A stretch of 24,000 nucleotides of DNA from Argonema galeatum A003/A1 (GTDB taxonomy: Bacteria; Cyanobacteriota; Cyanobacteriia; Cyanobacteriales; Aerosakkonemataceae), in NCBI RefSeq assembly GCF_023333595.1, contig NZ_JAIQZM010000001.1, forward strand, positions 505,917 through 529,916, given 5' to 3'. Every line of letters begins with the position of its first letter. Within the stretch, counting starts at the first letter, position 1. The notes under the pieces were generated by a model that had not been told where the DNA came from, did no database searches, and saw only the letters and a list, made by a program, of their open reading frames with translations. This document shows positions 6,850 through 14,400 of this stretch, piece after piece. The position numbers and the translations under genes are program-made.

Positions 6850-8283
6850 ATGCAATTTTATACCTACGATCCAGCAGATTTTTATGATGAACTGTTTGTC
6901 GCCAAGGGCAAACCCCGCCCTGATGCAACTCTTTTAATCGAAAGGATTAATGGGTTGCCGCCAGAGGAACTCCAGCGACGCCAGCAAGTCGCACAGCAAG
7001 CCCTTCTCAAGTTGGGAGCCACTTTCAACGTTTATGGCGATAACCGTGGCACTGAGCGCATCTTTCCCTTTGATGTCATTCCCCGCATTGTCTCGGCGCA
7101 AGAATGGACAGAGATGGAAAAGGGACTCAAGCAGCGCATCTACGCCTTAAATTGCTTTATAGCAGATATTTACGATGCCCAGAAAATTGTTACCGACGGC
7201 GTTATCCCGTTAGAATTAATTGCCTCTGCCAAAGGATTTCTCAAACCCTGTATAGGATTGAAACCACCGGGAGGAATTTGGTGTCATATCACTGGCACGG
7301 ATTTAGTGCGAGATAAAGATGGTCAGTGGTACGTTCTAGAAGATAATCTCCGCTGTCCTTCCGGTGTCTCCTACGTTTTGGAGAACCGCCGGGTGATGAA
7401 ATCGTCCTTTCCGAAGCTGTTTGAGACGATCGCAATTCGACCCGTCGATGATTACCCCAGTCATTTGCTCGAAACTCTCCTCAATCTAGCACCTGCCAAT
7501 TTAGCAGACCCCACCGTAGTCGTTCTCACCCCAGGTATTTACAATTCTGCCTACTTTGAGCATTCTTTCCTCGCTCAGCAAATGGGTGTGCAACTGGTGG
7601 AGGGCAGAGATTTGGTGGTGACGGATGGCTACCTGCAAATGCGTACTACCAAGGGATTGCAGCGGGTAGATGTGATCTATCGCCGCATCGATGACGACTT
7701 TATCGACCCTCTCGTTTTTCGCTCCGATTCCACATTAGGTATACCGGGTCTAACGGAAGTTTATCGCAATCGTCGTGTTGCGATCGCCAACGCCCTGGGA
7801 ACCGGAGTGGCAGATGATAAAGTGATCTATGCCTATGTCCCCGAAATGATTCGCTACTACCTCAAGGAAGACCCGATTCTGCAAAATGTCCCCACTTACC
7901 TCTGCTGGGAAGAGAAACAGCTAAATCATGTCCTTGCCAATTTAGACAAACTTGTGGTAAAATGCGCCAACGAATCTGGCGGTTACGGGATGTTAGTTGG
8001 CCCTCACGCCACACAGTCACAACGAGAAGAATTTGCCCAATTAATTAAAGCTAATCCGCGCAACTATATTGCCCAGCCGACACTTTGCCTGTCGCGAGTT
8101 CCTACAATAATAGGCGATCGCTTTGAGGGATGTCATGTGGACTTACGTCCCTACATTCTCTACGGTAAAGATATCTATGTACACCCAGGTGGTTTAACCC
8201 GCGTCGCCCTCAAAAAAGGTTCTTTAGTAGTTAACTCTTCCCAAGGCGGCGGATCGAAAGATACTTGGGTACTCGCTAATTAG
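6850..8283 (+). CDS. Circularly permuted type 2 ATP-grasp protein (DUF404/DUF407 family)
   Basis: A 477-aa protein with the family-typical N-terminus (YDELF...[37 protein letters not shown]) and the C-terminal [31 protein letters not shown]. It sits upstream of alpha-E and transglutaminase genes. Confidence 0.85.
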   Translation: MQFYTYDPADFYDELFVAKGKPRPDATLLIERINGLPPEELQRRQQVAQQALLKLGATFNVYGDNRGTERIFPFDVIPRIVSAQEWTEMEKGLKQRIYALNCFIADIYDAQKIVTDGVIPLELIASAKGFLKPCIGLKPPGGIWCHITGTDLVRDKDGQWYVLEDNLRCPSGVSYVLENRRVMKSSFPKLFETIAIRPVDDYPSHLLETLLNLAPANLADPTVVVLTPGIYNSAYFEHSFLAQQMGVQLVEGRDLVVTDGYLQMRTTKGLQRVDVIYRRIDDDFIDPLVFRSDSTLGIPGLTEVYRNRRVAIANALGTGVADDKVIYAYVPEMIRYYLKEDPILQNVPTYLCWEEKQLNHVLANLDKLVVKCANESGGYGMLVGPHATQSQREEFAQLIKANPRNYIAQPTLCLSRVPTIIGDRFEGCHVDLRPYILYGKDIYVHPGGLTRVALKKGSLVVNSSQGGGSKDTWVLAN

Positions 8284-8370
8284 GGGCTAGGGGCTAGGGG
8301 CTAGGGGGAAGAGAGGGGCTAGGGGCTAGGGGCTAGGGGCTAGGGGAAGAGAGGGGAAGAGAGGAGAAGG
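8282..8370. repeat. G-rich tandem repeats (GGGGCTA heptamers plus GGGGAAGAGA units); contains the left 51-bp inverted-repeat arm (8314-8364)
   Basis: The repeats begin at the ATP-grasp stop codon. The segment (aggggct)x4 + aggggaagagaggggaagagagg at 8314-8364 is the exact reverse complement of 8942-8992. Confidence 0.9.
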
Positions 8371-8417
8371 AATAGCGGAAAATATAAGTTAATTTTTACG
8401 GTTTGGGGTGTACTACT

Positions 8418-8816
8418 ATGAGCATAAGCAGCTATCGAGATCTCAAGGTTTGGCAAGTCGGCATGGAAGTGGCAGACCAGATTTATCAGCTAACGGACAG
8501 CTTTCCAAAGCAGGAGATATACGGTTTAAGCAGTCAAATGCAACGGGCTGCTGTATCGATTCCTTCTAACATAGCTGAAGGACACGCGAGAAACTATACC
8601 AAGGAGTTCTTGCATCACATCTCCATCGCGCTGGGTTCGCTTGCCGAATTAGAAACTCAACTAATCATAGCTGCACGACGGCCTTATATTCAAAACAAGG
8701 CCGATATTGAAACACTTTTTCATAAGATGGAAGAATTGGGCAAAATGCTTCGCGGACTACAGAACTCTTTGGAAAATAAACTAAAAAGAGACAACAAACC
8801 GAGGACTGAAAACTAG
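8418..8816 (+). CDS. Four-helix-bundle protein (23S rRNA intervening-sequence protein / Avd-like family)
   Basis: Family signature YRDLKVWQ...A..IY.LT..FPK.E.YGL.SQMQRAAVSIPSNIAEGHAR....EF..HISIALGSLAELETQL. The ATG at 8418 is preferred over the track TTG at 8403. Confidence 0.85.
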   Translation: MSISSYRDLKVWQVGMEVADQIYQLTDSFPKQEIYGLSSQMQRAAVSIPSNIAEGHARNYTKEFLHHISIALGSLAELETQLIIAARRPYIQNKADIETLFHKMEELGKMLRGLQNSLENKLKRDNKPRTEN

Positions 8817-8828
8817 CGAAAGATTTTT

Positions 8829-8992
8829 CCCCAGCCCCTCTCTTCCCTCTCTTTCCCTAATCCCTAATCCCTCTCTTCCCCTAATCCCTAATCCCTCTCT
8901 TTCCCTAATCCCTAATCCCTCTCTTTCCCTAATCCCTAATCCCTCTCTTCCCCTCTCTTCCCCTAGCCCCTAGCCCCTAGCCCCTAGCCCCT
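8829..8992. repeat. C-rich tandem repeats: 24-bp unit ccctaatccctaatccctctcttY x4 (8855-8950), then (cccctag)x4; contains the right 51-bp inverted-repeat arm
   Basis: Read directly. The array ends 6 nt before the alpha-E ATG at 8999. Confidence 0.9.
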
Positions 8993-8998
8993 AAAAAA

Positions 8999-9949
8999 AT
9001 GCTTAGTCGCGTTGCAGATTCTATCTACTGGCTTAATCGTTATGTTGAACGGGCAGAAAATATTGCTCGTTTTATCAATGCAAATGTCAATCTAATTCTG
9101 GATTCCCCTACGGGTGTGGCGCAGCAGTGGGAACCGTTGGTGCTGACCACTGGCGACTTGCCTGTATTTCAGAATCGTTACGGGGAAGCTACAGCCGAAA
9201 ATGTAATTCAGTTTCTCACTTTCGATCGCGATAATGCCAACTCTATCATTTCCTGCCTTCGCTCTGCCAGAGAAAATGCTCGATCTATTCGAGAAATCAT
9301 TTCTTCAGAGATGTGGGAACAGGTGAATACTTTTTATTTCATGGTGCAAGATGCAGCCGAAGGACAAGCCACTTTTGAACCGCAACATTTTTTTAAAGAA
9401 GTAAAACTGGCTAGCCACCTATTTGCTGGTGTGATGGATGCCACCATGACTCATAATGAAGGTTGGCATTTCGGTCAAATGGGGCGGTTTCTAGAACGCG
9501 CAGATAAAACTGCTCGAATTTTAGATGTGAAATATTTCCTGCTTCTACCTTCGGTAAAAGATGTAGGCACCACGCTGGATGAATTGCAGTGGATGGGATT
9601 ATTGCGATCGGCTAGTGCTTACGAAATGTATCGCAAATGCCAACATCGCATTACACCAACTGGTGTGGCGGAATTTCTAATTTTAGATCGAGAGTTTCCG
9701 CGATCGATTCGATTTTGTCTGATGCAGGCGGAGCGATCTTTACATCAAATTACCGGATCTTCTCCCGGCACCTGGAGTAACCCCGCAGAACGTTCTTTGG
9801 GTCGATTGCGTTCTGAATTGGACTATTTATCCATTGAAGAAATCGTTCAAATGGGATTGCATGAATGTCTCAACGACTTGCAGCAGCAAATTTATGGCGT
9901 CGGCAACAACATTTTTGAAACCTTCTTTGCGTTAAAACCCATTAGTTAA
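8999..9949 (+). CDS. Alpha-E domain protein (DUF403 family)
   Basis: A 316-aa protein with the typical N-terminus MLSRVADSIYWLNRYVERAENIARF and the motif GWHFGQMGRFLERADKTARILDVKY. It is flanked by the usual partner genes. Confidence 0.85.
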   Translation: MLSRVADSIYWLNRYVERAENIARFINANVNLILDSPTGVAQQWEPLVLTTGDLPVFQNRYGEATAENVIQFLTFDRDNANSIISCLRSARENARSIREIISSEMWEQVNTFYFMVQDAAEGQATFEPQHFFKEVKLASHLFAGVMDATMTHNEGWHFGQMGRFLERADKTARILDVKYFLLLPSVKDVGTTLDELQWMGLLRSASAYEMYRKCQHRITPTGVAEFLILDREFPRSIRFCLMQAERSLHQITGSSPGTWSNPAERSLGRLRSELDYLSIEEIVQMGLHECLNDLQQQIYGVGNNIFETFFALKPIS

Positions 9950-9973
9950 TTTTATGTCTAACAGGAATATCCC

Positions 9974-10474
9974 ATGTCTATCGAACAGAAAAAAGAAATT
10001 GTCCTTCGATATTATGAGGAGTTCGACAATGGCAATTTAGACAAGATAGAGGATATGCTCAGTCCCAACTTTGTCGCTCATTTTCCCGGCTCGCCTGCAT
10101 CGCTAAATCGCGAAAAATTTAAAGAGTTTTGCCTCATGTTCCGCTCCGCTTTCCCAGATATTCGCCACAGCTTTGAAGATATCCTTGTAGAGGAAGATAA
10201 AGTTGTCACCCGTGGGATATTTGCTGCCACCCATAAAGGAAAACTGCAAGGTTTCCCTCCAACAGGTAAGCAGGTTACGGTATCATTCATTCACATAGAC
10301 TGCATTGTAGATGGAAAGATTGCGGAACATTGGGGAGAAGCTGACATGATGGGGATGTTGCAGCAACTCGGTACGATTATCTTGCCAATTCAGCTTGTTT
10401 TGCAGGGATTGAAAATTGGCGCGCTCGTCTTAACAGTTCTATGTCTCATCAGTTTCTTAATGACCAAATATTAA
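9974..10474 (+). CDS. SnoaL-like (ester cyclase / NTF2-fold) protein with a C-terminal transmembrane helix
   Basis: A 166-aa protein. KKEIVLRYYEEFDNGNLDKIEDMLSPNFVAH...FP..GKQV.V..I.I.....GKIAEHWGE is typical of SnoaL-like ester cyclases. The tail LPIQLVLQGLKIGALVLTVLCLISFLM is hydrophobic. The gaps to the neighbouring genes are 24 nt and 39 nt. Confidence 0.7.
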   Translation: MSIEQKKEIVLRYYEEFDNGNLDKIEDMLSPNFVAHFPGSPASLNREKFKEFCLMFRSAFPDIRHSFEDILVEEDKVVTRGIFAATHKGKLQGFPPTGKQVTVSFIHIDCIVDGKIAEHWGEADMMGMLQQLGTIILPIQLVLQGLKIGALVLTVLCLISFLMTKY

Positions 10475-10513
10475 CTGTCTGACTTAGTTAAAAATCTAAA
10501 ACCTAAAATCAGG

Positions 10514-11368
10514 ATGCGCTACCAAATCGTTCACACCACTACTTACATTTACGATCGAGCGGTCGTTTTAAATCCGCACATTATCAGGTTGCGATCGCGT
10601 TGTGATAGCACTCAGAAACTGCTTTCTTTTTTCCTGAAAATTGACCCGGAACCAATTGGTATTTCTCACATTACCGATTTAGACGGTAATGCCATACTGC
10701 AAACTTGGTTTGGTGGAACCGCAGATTATCTGAAAATCGAAGTACGCTCAGAAGTTGAAACTTATCGCACAAATCCTTTTGATTACCTACTAGAACCTTG
10801 GGCTTTAAGTCTGCCGATCGACTACCCAGCATCAATGTTATCCCAACTTCAGCCATATTTGCAACCGCAATATCAAATAAATGTAGACCCCGCAGTCATA
10901 CAATTGGCTCAAGATATTGGTTTTGCAGCCGATAATCAAATCAGTACTTTTTTAATGCAACTAAATCAACGCATTTATGAGAATTGCCAATATATTAGGA
11001 GAGAAACCGGCGAACCGCTTCCTGGTGGCGTCACTTGGAACCAAAAATCAGGTTCTTGTCGCGACGTGGCAGTTTTGTTTATGGAAGCTTGTCGCGCCGT
11101 AGGTTTAGCTGCTAGATTTGTCAGCGGTTATCAAGAAGGAGATCCAGATCAAAAGGAACGAGATCTTCATGCTTGGGCGGAAGTATACTTGCCGGGAGCG
11201 GGCTGGCGAGGCTACGATCCAACTGTAGGGTTAGTAGTGAGCGATCGACATATTCCTTTAGTTGCCAGCGCATCTCCCAAGTATACCGCACCCATTTCTG
11301 GAAATTTTTTAGCTCCTGGAAACCAGTTAGATATGACAGCTAGCATATCCATTCAATCATTAGCGTAG
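10514..11368 (+). CDS. Transglutaminase-like cysteine protease/ligase (Bact_transglu_N + transglutaminase core)
   Basis: N-terminus MRYQIVHTTTYIYDRAV..NPHIIRLR. Catalytic Cys context GSCRDVAVLFMEACRAVGLAARFVSGY. His/Asp context HAWAEVYLPGAGWRGYDPT. Confidence 0.85.
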   Translation: MRYQIVHTTTYIYDRAVVLNPHIIRLRSRCDSTQKLLSFFLKIDPEPIGISHITDLDGNAILQTWFGGTADYLKIEVRSEVETYRTNPFDYLLEPWALSLPIDYPASMLSQLQPYLQPQYQINVDPAVIQLAQDIGFAADNQISTFLMQLNQRIYENCQYIRRETGEPLPGGVTWNQKSGSCRDVAVLFMEACRAVGLAARFVSGYQEGDPDQKERDLHAWAEVYLPGAGWRGYDPTVGLVVSDRHIPLVASASPKYTAPISGNFLAPGNQLDMTASISIQSLA

Positions 11369-11407
11369 GGTGCGTTCCCAACACCTTTCATTATATTATT
11401 TCCACGG

Positions 11408-14400
11408 CTAAATTGGAATCTGAATCGCAAATTCCGTCCCCTCTTCTGGCGCAGAAATACAACTCAGCTTACCTCCATGCTTTTCTTCCACAATCTGACG
11501 CGAAATAGACAACCCCAAACCTGTTCCTTTCCCCACTGCTTTCGTAGTAAATAAATGGTCAAATACCTGCTCTTTTACCTCATCTGACATTCCACTGCCA
11601 TTATCTTTGATGCGAATAACGACAGCAGTTTCCGCTTCTAAAACTTCAGTGCGAATAGTAATCTGATTGGGATTGGCTGCAATTTCAGCAAAAGAACGCC
11701 CCTGATTTGCTTCATCCAAAGCATCGATCGCATTTCCCAAAATATTCATAAATACCTGATTCAACTGTCCGAAATAGCATTTTATTTGCGGAATTTCTCC
11801 ATATTCCTTAATCACCTCAATCGCCGGACGAGTATCCTTTGCTTTCAATCGATATTGTAAAATCATCAAAGTACTATCAATACCCTCATGCAGATTGGCT
11901 AACACTTTCGTTGAGGTATCGGCGCGGGAGAAGTTTCGCAACGACCCACCGATCTCGCGAATCCGATCGGTCCCGGCTTTCATCGACGAGAGCATTTGCG
12001 GCAAATCTTCTAAAATATATTCTAACTCAATCTCTTCCGCTTTTTCCGTTATTTCTTCTCCTGGATTGGGGAATTTTTCTTGATACAATTGCAAGTATTC
12101 CAGCAAATCTTGGAGCGCCGTATTAGCCTGCTCGACGTTCCCAGCAATAAACCCGACTGGGTTGTTAATTTCATGGGCTAAGCCCGCCATTAAATTGCCC
12201 AAAACTGACATTTTTTCACTTTGAATCAGTTGCAGTTGCGCTGATTGTAACTCTTGTAGCGATTTTGCTAGTTGCTCCGCTTTTTCTCGCTCTCGCGCTT
12301 CCGATCGCTGCAAATCCTGATAAAGTCTGGCATTTTTTAGAGCGATCGCCGCTTGAGAACACAACACTTTTAACACTTCTAAGCGTTCTCGCGTAAAAGC
12401 TGCTTTGGTTAAGCAATTTTCTAAGTACAAAATTCCAATCAATTCACCTTGATTCAGCAGAGTTGCACACAAAATTGATTGGGGTTTATGTAATTGAATG
12501 TAATAATCATCTGTCCATGTTGTTGCCGCTGCTACATCATCAATTACTAAGGTTTTTTTGGTATGTTTGACATAGTTGACGATCTTTTCAGGAATCAATT
12601 GACTATCTTCTACTGTAATTGATGATAACAAGGCCCAAACAGGTTGTTTGAGTCTGCTGTCGGCATTAATAGTAGCAGCAATATACCATTGCTCGGATTC
12701 AGGTAAAATCAAAGAACCACTTGTAGCGCCAGCATTTTCCAACACTACTTGCATCACTGTTGTGAGTAACTTATCGAGTTCGATCTCATCGGAAAGGTTT
12801 TGAGATGCTTTGAGGACAGTTCCCAAATCAAAAATAACTGAAGTCTCCCAACTCGTAGAACTAACTGTATTAGTCTTAATATAAGTAAGTGTCTGACTAA
12901 TTTTGGAGGTAGTTTTGGTCGCTGTCAGGATGGGAGCAAGTAATTGGGGATAGCGTGTTTCTAAATCATCTACTTTGGCTTTAGCTCCCCAACGAGCATA
13001 AGCATAGTAGGCTTTAGTAAGGTAGGCTTGTGCAATAAATTCTTTATGCAGAGATTCATAAAATTTTCCAGCTAATTCACAAGCGATCGCTTCTTCTTGG
13101 ATATATTCATTTGCCGTTGCTCCTTCGATCGCCAAATCGTAATATTCCATCGCTTCAAAATCAGCCCCTACTACCCGCAAGCGTTCGGCTTCAACTAGGT
13201 GAAATTTATGTAAATAATTCATCGGGGCATAATCTGCCCATTTTTTCAATTTTTCTTGGTTAGCTATTACCCGATCGAGCAAAACATCTTGCTCGGATTT
13301 TACTCCATTAATTCCTAAAGCAAGCTGGACTAAAGAATCGTAAAAATGGAAGATAGGAATAGCGAACATTCCCGTTACTCCATCTAAATACTGAACAGCT
13401 ATATTAGCATTTTCTAATGCTAAAGCATACTTTTCAAATAAATAGCCAAGAATCAGTTTATTTGAATAGAATATATGAAGTCCCAGTCGGTCATTAGCTT
13501 GAGTAAGAATCGGTAGTAATTGCTCCTCATCGCAGGCTTCACCTTGTAAATAGCATAGATTGGGAGAACGAGCGAGCAAATTTAAAATTGACTGCCGATA
13601 CATTTCGTTCCAATAAAACGGAATTTGTTGCTTCAATTGCTTTATTGCTTGGCTATAGGTAGCCATCTTATTTTCCGTTTCCTCCAGTTCCTTACCCATA
13701 TAATATGAATGGCAACATTCAAAGAAGGCGCAGTAAGCTGTAAATTCTAAATCTCCTGTTTCTAATCCACTTTGATATCCCGACCGCAAGTTTTCTAATG
13801 TCAATTTAAGATGATCTTTCCAATGTCTGATATATCCACAATCTACAGCGGAAATTTTGGCTTTTAGTTCCTGAACATTTAATTGAGACAGCAGTCGATT
13901 CGCCAATTTACCAAATTGATAACCCGACTCAATATCTTGGACGACACCACACAAAATTAGTCCGTAGCCAACATAAGCAAACGGAGAGAGATGACTATTA
14001 CCATATTTAATTGATAAATTAACTTGTGCAAAAACAATTAAGGGATATAACTCAGGAGTAGTTTTAAATGTAGAAGGAGCTATACTTGATAAGATCGGCA
14101 TTGCGGCTAACTTTTGTGGATCTGTCATAGCTGGCAAAGCGATCAAATCTTCTATATTTCTTTGCTGCAAATTTGCCGATGTTTCAGCTAAACCTTGCTG
14201 AATATCCGCTAAGGTTGGCCGTTCAGGAAAAGTTACTCCTAAAAGTTGCAAAATTTGCAGTCCCATATTAACTGACTCTTTGAGTCTAGTTTGCGCTGCA
14301 CTGGCTAAAATTTTCACTTCATAAACTTTCATTTTATCTAACAGCGTTGTCGCGCATTTCAGTACTGTTTCAGCTAATTGAGTCATCTGCTCAAAATCAG

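Larger units (their letters stand above)
8314..8992 (+). mobile_element. Cassette bounded by 51-bp perfect inverted repeats and carrying a four-helix-bundle gene (IVS-like or MITE-like insertion)
   Basis: 8314-8364 and 8942-8992 are perfect reverse complements, checked base by base. Together they bracket one small gene and sit exactly between the stop of the ATP-grasp gene and the start of the alpha-E gene. No transposase is present, so mobility is inferred. Confidence 0.5.

Noticed and set aside
8403-8816. Diversity-generating retroelement, because the four-helix-bundle protein is Avd-like
   Set aside because: The window contains no reverse transcriptase gene and no template/variable repeat pair with A-specific mismatches.
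8282-8992. Possible CRISPR array
   Set aside because: The repeat units are 7, 10 and 24 bp and directly abut each other with no unique spacers. The two blocks are reverse complements flanking a gene, and no cas genes are present.
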